Part shown: positions 8,139 through 17,673 of the stretch, piece after piece
Layout of the letters: each line of letters opens with the position of its first letter
Position numbering within the stretch: the stretch's first letter is position 1
Assembly: GCA_041738755.1 (NCBI GenBank)
Contig: JBGSPE010000011.1
Span: 70,658 to 134,657, forward strand
Reading direction: 5' to 3'
Origin: Minisyncoccia bacterium
GTDB taxonomy: Bacteria; Patescibacteriota; Minisyncoccia; Phycocordibacterales; UBA918
Length of the DNA stretch: 64,000 nt
Notes under the pieces: generated by a model
Told to the model about the DNA's origin: nothing
The model's input: only the letters and a program-made list of their open reading frames with translations
Database searches by the model: none
Translations under genes and position numbers: made by a program

Positions 8139-10232
8139 ATGAACACTGAATTTGACGTCGTTGTAATTGGAGCTGGCTCAGCCGGACTGACAGCAGCCGT
8201 TGGTTTTAAAAAAGTTGGTAAACGAGTCTTACTGATTGAACGAGAACATATTGGTGGTGAGTGTACAAACACTGGCTGCGTACCGAGCAAAGCCCTCCTT
8301 CATCACGCCAAAGCGTACTATCACGCTACACAAATTTCTGGCAAAAATACCCAGACCTCTGAATACCGAGAACGTGCCTTTCCCTATGTGCGAGGAAAGA
8401 TTGCTGAAATCTTAGAGGAAGAAACGCCCGAAGTATTTGAGAAGCTTGGTATCACAGTCGTGATGGGCGAAGCAACCTTTACAGCCCCGTGTCAGGTCGC
8501 TGTTAGTGGAGTTACCTACTCATTCAAGCGAGCCATAATTGCCACTGGTTCAAGTCCTCGCCTCATTGATATTCCTGGACTTGACCCAACGACAGTCCTC
8601 ACCAATCAAAACGTTTTCGGGCTTGATACTATTCCTGCTCGTACACTGATTATTGGAGCGGGCCCAATTGGACTCGAAATGGGACAAGCATTTGCCATGC
8701 TCGGAAGCACGGTCACGATTGCTTCAATCGATACTGAATTTGCAAAACTTGAAGACCCGGCAATTCGGCCGTTACTCCAACAAAAGTTTACCTCGCTTGG
8801 GATTACCCTCGAACTAAATGCTGTGATTCAAAAAATCGAACACGGTGAAGCTGTCTTAGCCCGCACCGTAAGCGAGGCCACTGAAACCTTCAGTGTTCCG
8901 TTTGATAAGATTTTGATTGCGATTGGAAGAGTGCCGAATCTGCCACCTGGACTTGAAGCAGCACACATCAAAGCCAGTGAGTACGGCATTACGGTTGATA
9001 GCCAATACAAAACGAGCAACAAATATGTCTATGCTATCGGTGATGTCTCACAACGAGCCAAGTTCACCCATACAGCGGATGATACCGCAAGACAAGTGGT
9101 CACCCGGGTTGTCTCTCGAGGTTTACTGCGAGTGAATAACCGAAAGGCAATACCGAAAGTAACCTACACCCAGCCAGAAATAGCGCAGGTGGGGCTTTCA
9201 TGGAATGACGCAATTGCAAAGTACGGTGAGCGGCAACTAATGCGTATTGAAATCCCATTTACAAAAAATGACAGAGCAAAGACTGAAGACGATACCACCG
9301 GTTTGCTAGTTGTGATTGCAAAGCGGCTCAATGGTGTAGTACTCGGAGCACATATCATTGGACCCGCGGCGGGAGAAATACTTACTGTGTTTACCCTCGC
9401 TATCGACCAAAAAATCTCCCTCTGGAAACTTCGTTCACTTATCTACGCATATCCGACTTATAGTCTCATCATCAAGAAAGCAGGTGATGAATTTTTTGGC
9501 CGACAATTGACTGAACTGAAATCCGACTTGAAAAACCTTTTCCGCCGCCAAGCGCCTAAACTCGTTGCCTTATTATTTTGGCTCACACTTATTATTTCGT
9601 TTCAAACGTATCGGATTGAAAATGGTCTGTCGTACTCAGACTTATTACTGAATCTTATTTCATTCTTCACAAGCACCATGTGGGGGCCAGTCATCTACAT
9701 TGGGCTTTACGCTATTCGTCCACTGGTACTATTTCCGGCCACCTTACTCACCGCCCTCTCTGGAACGTTGTTTGGATTTTGGTGGGGAGTACTCTATACC
9801 ATCGTCGGTGAAAACGCCTCAGCCAACTTCGCCTACTGGATTGGGCGCTTCTTTGGTAAAGACATCAAGCTTGAGGACTCAATTATTGGGAATTGGGTAG
9901 AAGCACTGCGCGCTCGTCCCTTTGAAGCCGTTCTCTTTATGCGTCTCTTCTATATGCCATTTGACCTTACAAACTACGGAGCTGGGATTCTTAAAATAAA
10001 TTGGTCATCATACTTTATGGCTACCTTAATTGGAATCCTCCCTGGTTTGACCACGTTTGTCGCGCTCGGAGCAGCTCTCAACCTCGCTGAGTTCAGTGAA
10101 AATGGACTTAGTTTTGATGCGTTTGACCCGCGCTTCATTGCCCTCTCAGTAGCTATCTTTGTAGTCTCAATCATCCTCTCCAAATACCTTAAACGTTGGC
10201 ACGCAGCAAAAACGAAAGTGGTGGTGAAATAA
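8139..10232 (+). CDS. Pyridine-nucleotide-disulfide oxidoreductase (class I, mercuric-reductase/lipoamide-DH-like) fused to a C-terminal DedA/TVP38 membrane domain
   Basis: FAD motif DVVVIGAGSAG; redox-active GGECTNTGCVPSK; C-terminal about 220 aa (from about 9576) with DedA-family motifs (RPLVLFP...G.LFGFWWG). Confidence 0.7.
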   Translation: MNTEFDVVVIGAGSAGLTAAVGFKKVGKRVLLIEREHIGGECTNTGCVPSKALLHHAKAYYHATQISGKNTQTSEYRERAFPYVRGKIAEILEEETPEVFEKLGITVVMGEATFTAPCQVAVSGVTYSFKRAIIATGSSPRLIDIPGLDPTTVLTNQNVFGLDTIPARTLIIGAGPIGLEMGQAFAMLGSTVTIASIDTEFAKLEDPAIRPLLQQKFTSLGITLELNAVIQKIEHGEAVLARTVSEATETFSVPFDKILIAIGRVPNLPPGLEAAHIKASEYGITVDSQYKTSNKYVYAIGDVSQRAKFTHTADDTARQVVTRVVSRGLLRVNNRKAIPKVTYTQPEIAQVGLSWNDAIAKYGERQLMRIEIPFTKNDRAKTEDDTTGLLVVIAKRLNGVVLGAHIIGPAAGEILTVFTLAIDQKISLWKLRSLIYAYPTYSLIIKKAGDEFFGRQLTELKSDLKNLFRRQAPKLVALLFWLTLIISFQTYRIENGLSYSDLLLNLISFFTSTMWGPVIYIGLYAIRPLVLFPATLLTALSGTLFGFWWGVLYTIVGENASANFAYWIGRFFGKDIKLEDSIIGNWVEALRARPFEAVLFMRLFYMPFDLTNYGAGILKINWSSYFMATLIGILPGLTTFVALGAALNLAEFSENGLSFDAFDPRFIALSVAIFVVSIILSKYLKRWHAAKTKVVVK

Positions 10233-10303
10233 AGCGGAGGTTTTAATGTACACTCACATACGTCATTCTTGACGAGCTTTGCTTCGTCACTTACTGTGGT
10301 TGT

Positions 10304-10546
10304 ATGAAGCAGCTTACGGCTACAGATATAGAGCATATTATTCTCATGGCCTGGGGGGATACAATTCCCTTTGAGGTGATTCGTCGTGAATACGACCTCA
10401 CTGAAAACCAAGTGCGTGCTCTGATGCGAAAGCACCAATCCGAAAAGACGTACATTCGGTGGCGGAAGCGGGTTGAGACAAGAAGTGGCGCTAGCAGTAA
10501 GCACGAACAATTAAGCCAAAAGACGTCGACCCGGCAAAAGTTTTAA
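10304..10546 (+). CDS. Small conserved protein (TIGR03643/DUF2805-like)
   Basis: 80 aa; sequence pattern reminiscent of the TIGR03643 family. Confidence 0.35.
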   Translation: MKQLTATDIEHIILMAWGDTIPFEVIRREYDLTENQVRALMRKHQSEKTYIRWRKRVETRSGASSKHEQLSQKTSTRQKF

Positions 10547-10547
10547 T

Positions 10548-11027
10548 CTACCGAATGATTTTTTTATCCTTAAGGTAATCTGTCGTTAAAAGCGGTACTT
10601 CATTGAGATTTTGACTACCAGTTACCGACGCCACTCCCAATACATGGTCGCCCCCCACTTCTATAAAGTCGGTGAAGGTGAGGTGCATAATACCGGCACA
10701 GTCTTCGAGGTATGCCAGCTCTTCGTGAGAAGCAAGCGGGTGTTTTTTTTGAACTGATGTGAGCTTATTGATACCATGACCAGATTGCTTTCCGCAGACC
10801 TTAATAATATCGATATGATTCTCTGTTAGGAGCTGAAGGATGGCTTGAGGATTTTGTTTTAAATTCTCTAGTGTCTTGGTGTGATGATAAATCGCAATCA
10901 TCATGAGTTTTGGTTGCATCGAAATACTCGACACATAGGTACAAATATTAAAATTGCCCTTCCCTGTTTCATCTTGAGTACTTAAGCTCCAGACCGCAAA
11001 GTCTGGTCGATTCCAAATTCTTCTCAT
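10548..11027 (-). CDS. Flavin reductase-like (FMN-binding split-barrel) domain protein
   Basis: C-terminal GGDHVLGVASV resembles the flavin reductase domain GDH motif. Confidence 0.45.
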   Translation of the reverse strand: MRRIWNRPDFAVWSLSTQDETGKGNFNICTYVSSISMQPKLMMIAIYHHTKTLENLKQNPQAILQLLTENHIDIIKVCGKQSGHGINKLTSVQKKHPLASHEELAYLEDCAGIMHLTFTDFIEVGGDHVLGVASVTGSQNLNEVPLLTTDYLKDKKIIR

Positions 11028-11100
11028 CTGGTAATTGTACGGGAATTAAAAGAAAGAGAAAGACCGGACAACTTTCGTCGCCCGGTCTTAACGTGTAAAC

Positions 11101-11676
11101 CTAGCCGGCAGCCCGACCATAGGCATCGTAGCCAGCGTTTGGAACACAAGCGGGTAATGGTCCTCGACCATAGTTGCCAAAGAGCGTAACGCCATTTCGC
11201 GAGACGCGAGCACGGAAACATTCGGGGTCCAGATTGGCATGGGCCTTGCGAATGATAACGATTGGCCGGAAACCAACAACTCCCTTAGCATCGGTGACGC
11301 ACAGGAACTTGCAAGGCTTCTTATCTGGCGGATCAGGCACATCCTGATACCGAACGATTTCAACACCGACCAGGAACTTGCCCGTGTCATACCAGCCCAT
11401 GAAATCACGAACTGCAACCTCTCGCTGCATGACACTGGTGCAGCCGCCTCTGTTCTGCCAGGTCAATCGGTCATTGTTGTAGACCTGCATTTCGTTGTTC
11501 ACGCCGTTCAGCACCTGAACCATACCGTTAACGTTCAGGCAGTTAATCCGAACATTCTGCCAGCCAACGATTTCATACGTTCCCTGAGCTTGGACGGGTA
11601 CAGCACTCATCGAGAGACTGGCAAAAACTGCCAGACACCAAAAATATAATCTACGCATGTCTACACTCCTGTTCAA
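11101..11676 (-). CDS. Secreted hypothetical protein (signal peptide, Cys-containing)
   Basis: N-terminal signal peptide (MRRLYFWCLAVFASLSMSAVPVQAQG); GC elevated relative to neighbours. Confidence 0.4.
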   Translation of the reverse strand: MNRSVDMRRLYFWCLAVFASLSMSAVPVQAQGTYEIVGWQNVRINCLNVNGMVQVLNGVNNEMQVYNNDRLTWQNRGGCTSVMQREVAVRDFMGWYDTGKFLVGVEIVRYQDVPDPPDKKPCKFLCVTDAKGVVGFRPIVIIRKAHANLDPECFRARVSRNGVTLFGNYGRGPLPACVPNAGYDAYGRAAG

Positions 11677-11708
11677 AGATTGTAGAGGAACTCCCTCTAA
11701 TTTGAATA

Positions 11709-12218
11709 TTACATATTATTTTGTGAGGTCAAGTCCTTTTTTAGAAAATCTTTGACTTCAGCTAAAATTTTCCTGGTATTTTGATGGGTTAAAAGTTCAT
11801 TCGCGGTTGTAAAATCACACCATTGTACGTCGACTACTTCATGCGGTTGCGTGATTAAAGTTTTTGTGTCGTTAACATATCCGAGAAAAAATTCTACTCG
11901 CTTATGTATTTTGAGGTCTTCATGCACAAACACATATTCAGTCGAAAAAAGTATGTCGGGCAGTAACCTGATGTCAGCGATGCCTGTCTCCTCTTTAAGT
12001 TCACGTAAGGCGGTTGTTTCTTTACTCTCACCGACCTCAGGGTGACCTTTCGGGAAGGTCCAAAATTGTTCACCACGATGTGAGCGTTGATGTACCAAGA
12101 GAACCATAGTGTCACTTTCAGTTTTACATAATGGAATTACTCCATATGAAAAATCGTTTTTTGTTTCCATAGTATAAGTATACAAGACACAAAAAAGAAA
12201 GGTGTTGGTGAAACGCAC
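11709..12218 (-). CDS. NUDIX hydrolase
   Basis: Nudix box GHPEVGESKETTALRELKEETGI. Confidence 0.8.
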   Translation of the reverse strand: MRFTNTFLFCVLYTYTMETKNDFSYGVIPLCKTESDTMVLLVHQRSHRGEQFWTFPKGHPEVGESKETTALRELKEETGIADIRLLPDILFSTEYVFVHEDLKIHKRVEFFLGYVNDTKTLITQPHEVVDVQWCDFTTANELLTHQNTRKILAEVKDFLKKDLTSQNNM

Positions 12219-12420
12219 GGTGCTACCTGGCGCAGGTTACTACGTGTTTGTATGAACATAAATTTTTGTGGTCACGAATCACTACGTATATTTGTTCACT
12301 CCGTTCCAAATCTACTAAGTGTTCTCGACCCCGCCTCGGCTGTTTCTTGCTTTAAGAACTAAGCAAGAAACATGTCTGCGGCCGGCACCAAGGCACATAG
12401 GTAAAACTGTTTACCTATTA

Positions 12421-12452
12421 AAAAACGAGCAGACTTAAGTCTGCTCGTTTTT
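12421..12452 (-). terminator. Rho-independent terminator downstream of tRNA-Leu
   Basis: aaaacgagcagacttaagtctgctcgtttttt hairpin with T-run. Confidence 0.45.
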
Positions 12453-12456
12453 TACC

Positions 12457-12541
12457 TTGGTGCCCAGGACTGGACTTGAACCAGCATGCCGTGAAGCGCT
12501 ACCACCTCAAGGTAGTGGGTCTACCAATTTCCCCACCTGGG
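12457..12541 (-). tRNA. tRNA-Leu (anticodon GAG), long variable arm, CCA encoded
   Basis: Manual cloverleaf: acceptor GCCCAGG/CCTGGGC, anticodon loop TTGAGGT, T-loop GTTCAAGTC. Confidence 0.8.
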
Positions 12542-12604
12542 CACTACTTCCTTTTGAAGTCGGTGCATTATGCCTGAAGTGAGCACTTATTTCAACCTCC
12601 TCCA

Positions 12605-13477
12605 CTAATTTTGCCAAGCTTTTGGTATCCCAATACATGATACGGCCTGCTCATGGATTTCTGGTCTCGAGACAAACAGAGTTGGCTTCTTAGAAAAATC
12701 CTTCCCGTATAACTCTCTGATATCGCCTTCGTGTTTTATCCATGTATCATCTTGAAGCACACTCACCGTTCCGCCACTTGCCTGAACAAGATATACCCCC
12801 GCAGCTGAATCCCAGGCATTCATCTCAAGCTGTAGCATTCCATCAAGTCTCCCTGCAGCAACATACGCATGTTCAAGGAGTGATGAATGATAGTGGCCCG
12901 ATTTCCCAAACTCTTGGTACAACCCTTTTTGAATATTTTGCCGAGCCATTTTTATCCAAGGTGCACTACTATTTGACCCCGTGACCGTCACAAAGCTTCG
13001 TCCTCCGACCAGATTCCCCAGAGGGAGACACACCTGACCATTTTCATATACTGGACCACCCTCAAAAGAAGAAAACAATTGTCTGCTAGCTGGATTATAA
13101 ATTATTGAAAAGGTACCTTCTGTTTGTAATCCCAAACGTACAATCGTGATAGCGAAAAACGGTACCTTCCGAACAAAATTATCAGTGCCGTCAATCGGAT
13201 CAATCACCCAGACAAAGTCAGATGTCCCGGGCACAAAACCTTCCTCCTCACCATAGATGGCATCTTCTGAAAAATGTTCGCGGATAAATACTTTTAGCTT
13301 CTTTTCAATGGTTGTATCGACTTCAGTTACCACTGACCCATCATACTTCTGCGTATTCCCGGTATGAGTACCATAAAAGGCCTCTCTTGCCAGACCTCCC
13401 AACTCCCCTTCAATCAGAGTCTGTAACGCCTCGAATATGTGTTTTGTACTATTCATCGCATTATAGTGGCACGCCAA
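12605..13477 (-). CDS. Inositol monophosphatase / SuhB-CysQ family phosphatase
   Basis: WVIDPIDGT metal-binding motif. Confidence 0.8.
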   Translation of the reverse strand: MACHYNAMNSTKHIFEALQTLIEGELGGLAREAFYGTHTGNTQKYDGSVVTEVDTTIEKKLKVFIREHFSEDAIYGEEEGFVPGTSDFVWVIDPIDGTDNFVRKVPFFAITIVRLGLQTEGTFSIIYNPASRQLFSSFEGGPVYENGQVCLPLGNLVGGRSFVTVTGSNSSAPWIKMARQNIQKGLYQEFGKSGHYHSSLLEHAYVAAGRLDGMLQLEMNAWDSAAGVYLVQASGGTVSVLQDDTWIKHEGDIRELYGKDFSKKPTLFVSRPEIHEQAVSCIGIPKAWQN

Positions 13478-13534
13478 TTAACAAAAGGCCACCCATTGCA
13501 TGGGTGGCCTTTTGTTATAGGAGGTTAGTTTTAT

Positions 13535-14125
13535 CTATGCCTTAGATTCTTCTGCAGCAGCTTCTGTGTCAGCTGGAGTTTCAGCGACTTCCATTTCTGG
13601 AGTAGCTTCTGTTACTTCAGACACAACTTCTGCTTCTACTGGAGTTTCTACGATTTCTGCATCTCGGGCAGCCTGAGCTTCGGCTTCAGCGGCAGCGACT
13701 ACTTTTGCTTCCTCTGCTTCTCGGGCAGCTGCTTCAGCACCTGACTCGGTCGACATTGAGACAAGACTCATACGTCGCATTTGTCGCTTCACTTCTCGAG
13801 CTACCTTCTCTCGGATGTAGTAGAGCTTGGCTCGACGAACCTTGGCTCGCTTCACAATCTCAAGCTTATCAATCAGTGGTGAGTATAGTGGGTAGATTTT
13901 TTCAATTCCAATACCACCTGAAACCTTTCGGACCGTAAAGGTTGCTCCTGGCTCATCCCCGTGCTTTCGAGCGAGTACCAATCCTTCAAAAATCTGAATT
14001 CGAGTCTTACCCTTGTCCTGAATCTTTTGGTGAACACGAACAGTATCACCGGCTCGGAGACCTAGAGACTTTCGTTCTTCCATGTTTACTGGGGATACAT
14101 TCACCCCTGCCATTGCTGCTTTCAT
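13535..14125 (-). CDS. rplS: 50S ribosomal protein L19 with Ala/Glu-rich acidic C-terminal extension
   Basis: N-terminal 115 aa match L19; C-terminal about 80 aa low-complexity A/E tail. Confidence 0.85.
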   Translation of the reverse strand: MKAAMAGVNVSPVNMEERKSLGLRAGDTVRVHQKIQDKGKTRIQIFEGLVLARKHGDEPGATFTVRKVSGGIGIEKIYPLYSPLIDKLEIVKRAKVRRAKLYYIREKVAREVKRQMRRMSLVSMSTESGAEAAAREAEEAKVVAAAEAEAQAARDAEIVETPVEAEVVSEVTEATPEMEVAETPADTEAAAEESKA

Positions 14126-14203
14126 AATAAATCGTTGTTTTAGCTACTTTAAGTGTGCCACAATCTACCACAAAGCCTTTGAAACCGCAATATCAAACCT
14201 AAT

Positions 14204-15340
14204 TTGCCAAATCAACCGATTATGTTACGTTTTGGGTTGTCCACAACGGAGTTCATTGTCATGCAAAATATCCCAAAAATAGTCATTACTGGTGGACCAT
14301 GTAGTGGTAAAACCACGGCCCTTGCAGCGATTGTGCAGTTTTGCCAAGACCACGGATTTTTTCCCGTCATCATTCCTGAAGTAGCTACCGATTTAATAAA
14401 ATCAGGCTTCGACCGTACGGTAATATCATTTCAAGATTTTGTTACCAAAAAACTTATGTTTGAAGAGCAGATGAGACTGGAGGCGATGAACTGTGGTCAC
14501 CTTCCGCAAAACTCTGTATTTATCTATGATCGTGGCCTGTGCGACAGTGAAGCGTACGTTGGCAGATCAGCATTTTTAGAAGTCCTTGAAAGACAGGGGC
14601 TGACACTTGTAGAAGCACGTGATTTATATAGCGGTATTATCTTTCTTGATAGTGCTGCGTGCGGTGCTGAAGCGTTTTACACGACAACCAACAACTCAGC
14701 TCGAAATGAAGGGCTTGCATTAGCTCAAGAACTCAATGAACGAACAAAAGACGCTTGGATGGGTTCGCCGCACTTCAAACACATTCCTAATCGCCCGGGG
14801 GTTAGCTTTGATGGAAAAATCAATGAGTGTTTGAAGGTACTCTCTCGAATTCTTGGTGTCCCAGAGCCAATCGAAAATGAGCGCAAGTTTATAGTTGATG
14901 ACTTTCGTCCTGAAGCCCTACCAGCTCACACAATACCAATCGATATCATCCAAACCTACCTGGTAGGTATCGAGCATGGTGTCGAGCGCGTGCGGGCAAG
15001 AGGACAGAATGGTAATTACTTATACTTCCACACAATCAAAATACCGCATCCCGGTGGTGGCTCAGTTGAAATTGAACGAGTCATCGATAAATTCAGTTAT
15101 GATGAGCTACTTCTTCGGACAGACCGGACTCGGCGTCAGATTATAAAGACGCGACATTGCTTCCGATACGCTGATCACTACTGCGAACTCGACGTTTTTC
15201 GTGAAGGCGTTGTTCTAGTGATGCTCGAAATCGAGGTTCATGATATGACTGATCACGTAGATCTACCATTAGAACTTGGAGCATTCAGAGAAGTGACTGG
15301 GGATATTGCATTCTCAAATCATGAACTTTCACGACGTTAA
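14204..15340 (+). CDS. AAA (NadR/AAA_28-like P-loop) ATPase fused to a C-terminal CYTH-like domain
   Basis: Walker A ITGGPCSGKTT; C-terminal ERKFIV...LEIEV pattern reminiscent of CYTH; true start may be the internal Met at 14261. Confidence 0.45.
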   Translation: MPNQPIMLRFGLSTTEFIVMQNIPKIVITGGPCSGKTTALAAIVQFCQDHGFFPVIIPEVATDLIKSGFDRTVISFQDFVTKKLMFEEQMRLEAMNCGHLPQNSVFIYDRGLCDSEAYVGRSAFLEVLERQGLTLVEARDLYSGIIFLDSAACGAEAFYTTTNNSARNEGLALAQELNERTKDAWMGSPHFKHIPNRPGVSFDGKINECLKVLSRILGVPEPIENERKFIVDDFRPEALPAHTIPIDIIQTYLVGIEHGVERVRARGQNGNYLYFHTIKIPHPGGGSVEIERVIDKFSYDELLLRTDRTRRQIIKTRHCFRYADHYCELDVFREGVVLVMLEIEVHDMTDHVDLPLELGAFREVTGDIAFSNHELSRR

Positions 15341-15393
15341 AGTTCAAAAGGGGCGCACTTTGATGCGCCCCTTTACGTACCTTATAATAAAAC

Positions 15394-16170
15394 CTACTCC
15401 GCAATACGCTCAGCCGCCTCCTCAAAAACCTGGGGTACCGGGGCGATAAACCGCTCTCTCGAGCCATTTAAGAGATTAAACTCAAGAATATACGCATGCA
15501 GTGCCATTCGTTTTAACTCGAGGTTATTTGACCCCTCTAACTTATAGGCTGCATAGGCAGTATCGCCCACAATCGGGCGATCGATGGCTCGCAAGTGCAC
15601 TCGCAGTTGGTGGGTCCGACCAGTCTTTGGAATCAGTTTTAAGTATGAAAAAGGTTCTCCCTCATACTCACCAACACCAATCCGCTCCAAATCAGTGATG
15701 GCTTCACGCAAGGTACCTTTAGCACCCTTCATGGCCGAACGTAGTCGATGATCACGGGTGTTCCGGCCAATCGGTCGGTTGATAGTTCCCCAGCGGTCAT
15801 GGATTTGTCCATACACAAAGGCACGATATTCCTTGTATACACTTCGGTCTTTAAACTGCTTCTTGAGAAACTGATGTGCTGTTTGGTTTTTGGCGAGCAC
15901 CAAAATTCCTGACGTCTCTTTATCAAGTCGATGTACCACACCAGAACGGTTTAGCTCCTGGCCACGGGTCGAATACCCTGCCTCACCCACGCCACTTGCA
16001 GCTGGTACACGTTTCAAAAACCAGTCTACGATAATTGGCGAGTTATCAGCTTTCCCATCTTCATGAACCAACCACCCTTCAGGTTTGTTAATCAAAAGAA
16101 TATCTTCGTCTTCGAAGATTATTGTCGGCTCCTTAGGCTCCATGGCGGCGTTGTCTGCTTTCATACTCAC
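15394..16170 (-). CDS. RluA-family 23S rRNA/tRNA pseudouridine synthase
   Basis: HRLDKETSGILVLAKN catalytic Asp motif. Confidence 0.8.
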   Translation of the reverse strand: MSMKADNAAMEPKEPTIIFEDEDILLINKPEGWLVHEDGKADNSPIIVDWFLKRVPAASGVGEAGYSTRGQELNRSGVVHRLDKETSGILVLAKNQTAHQFLKKQFKDRSVYKEYRAFVYGQIHDRWGTINRPIGRNTRDHRLRSAMKGAKGTLREAITDLERIGVGEYEGEPFSYLKLIPKTGRTHQLRVHLRAIDRPIVGDTAYAAYKLEGSNNLELKRMALHAYILEFNLLNGSRERFIAPVPQVFEEAAERIAE

Positions 16171-16888
16171 TGAGTATAGTCATAAAATCCGTTTTGGATA
16201 GGGCTGGCCAGTGCGTCGGGATAAAATGGAGTTCACTATAGACTGATTTCCAGGTAAGAAAGTTTGAAAGCCGCTGTTCACCACTCGTGCGGATAATCAT
16301 ATCTGGGTCAGGTAACTCTGCCGTCCAGAGAAGCTGTTCAAAGGAGTCCGCATCGACTGGCTTACCGAGAGTAACCGCTCTATTCACGGCTTCAATAATC
16401 TCAGCCCGCCCCCCATAAGACAGTGCCACCCACACGGTGGCGATTGCTTCAGGTGTCTGACTCTTCATTTCAGCTGCTCGAATCTTGTCCTTAAGTTCAG
16501 GACTAAGATCTTCAATGTGACCGATAACTCGTAAGCGAAATGTGGTGGTCTGTGTATCTGCGTCCGTTTCTAACCGATTTAGGCATTCAAGAAATAATCC
16601 CATCAGATGATCTACCTCATGAGCTTCACGTCTCCAGTTCTCAGTCGAGAACGCATAATAGACGAGATGTTTCACTCCTGCTTCAGCAAAAAAGTTGATT
16701 GACTCCAATAATACATCAGCTCCCTTTCTATGTCCCTCCAAAAGAGGAAAGCCTTCCGCTGCAGCATACCGACGATTGCCGTCCATGATAAACCCCAAGC
16801 ATTGTGGAATTGTTTTACTCATATAATCAGTACAACAACGAAAACTCCTCGTAAGTGACCACGCCAGTACGCCAGTCGATAGCGACAC
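16133..16888 (-). CDS. uppS: Undecaprenyl-diphosphate synthase (isoprenyl transferase); probable real start near 16822
   Basis: IMDGNRRYA and ENWRR motifs. Confidence 0.85.
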   Translation of the reverse strand: MSLSTGVLAWSLTRSFRCCTDYMSKTIPQCLGFIMDGNRRYAAAEGFPLLEGHRKGADVLLESINFFAEAGVKHLVYYAFSTENWRREAHEVDHLMGLFLECLNRLETDADTQTTTFRLRVIGHIEDLSPELKDKIRAAEMKSQTPEAIATVWVALSYGGRAEIIEAVNRAVTLGKPVDADSFEQLLWTAELPDPDMIIRTSGEQRLSNFLTWKSVYSELHFIPTHWPALSKTDFMTILSEYESRQRRHGA

Positions 16889-17129
16889 TTTCTACTACTG
16901 ATAGTAGCGAGCCTTCATGAAGATATTCGATAAACTCCTTCAGGGTATCAGGTAAACCCTGCGCCACCACTGCAACAGTCCCATCAGATAGATTTTTCAC
17001 ATACCCAACAAGACCAAGATTGGTAGCAGCTTCTTGCACATAGGTTCGAAACATCACCCCTTGTACCTTTCCTGCTATGACTGCGTAGATTTCTACCATT
17101 GCGGGGTAAGTATACCGTGCCGTGTGCAT
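16827..17129 (-). CDS. acyP: Acylphosphatase
   Basis: AGKVQGVMFRTYVQ...GYVKNLSDGTVAVVAQG signature. Confidence 0.8.
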   Translation of the reverse strand: MHTARYTYPAMVEIYAVIAGKVQGVMFRTYVQEAATNLGLVGYVKNLSDGTVAVVAQGLPDTLKEFIEYLHEGSLLSVVESVAIDWRTGVVTYEEFSLLY

Positions 17130-17486
17130 TATCGTAACTATAGTAAGTAATCAAGGTTACACTGCTTGCAATTCAGCATAAAACAAACTATAAACAAGTA
17201 GATGCAACAGTGCATCGAACAACGAGGAGATCTTTATGTGGAGTCTATCCGATAATCCCTTCCGTTCAAGTGTCGCTCAGGCCAGCCAGAGAAATAAGAA
17301 AGGCCAAGTCAAGCGACCGCGTCGGGATTCGGACAGAGGCTCCGTACGTCCCCCCACAGCGATGCGCGCGTGTCACGCACGCTAACCCAGCTCTCAAGGC
17401 CGGTCCTCACAAAGGCCGGCCTTTCGCTCCCCTTCTCCCTTGAAATAATCTCAAAAAGCAGTACTATACACGTCAAGCAAATACAT

Positions 17487-17559
17487 GCGCGATTAGCTCA
17501 GTTGGTAGAGCAGTCCGTTTACACCGGAAAGGTCGGGAGTTCGAGTCTCTCATCGCGCA
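17487..17559 (+). tRNA. tRNA-Val (anticodon TAC)
   Basis: Acceptor GCGCGAT/ATCGCGC, D-arm GCTCAGTTGGTAGAGC, anticodon loop TTTACAC, T-loop GTTCGAGTC. Confidence 0.85.
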
Positions 17560-17602
17560 CAAAGAAAATGAGCCTATTATCAAGGCTCATTTTTTGTATA
17601 CG
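17555..17602. repeat. 48-bp direct repeat copy 1 (overlaps tRNA-Val 3' end and its terminator hairpin)
   Basis: gcgcacaaagaaaatgagcctattatcaaggctcattttttgtatacg; matches 18218..18265 at 45/48. Confidence 0.75.
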
Positions 17603-17673
17603 TAATTAAAATACTTGCTAGTTTCGAACTTTCAGGTATTTTATCTTTGAATTGAACATTAAGGAGATAAAAG

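Noticed and set aside
12219-12456. Possible ncRNA between NUDIX and tRNA-Leu (perfect 12-bp inverted repeat gtttcttgctta/taagcaagaaac at 12343..12374)
   Set aside because: An isolated hairpin without further conserved motifs. It is most simply a terminator or attenuator, with insufficient evidence for a distinct RNA gene.
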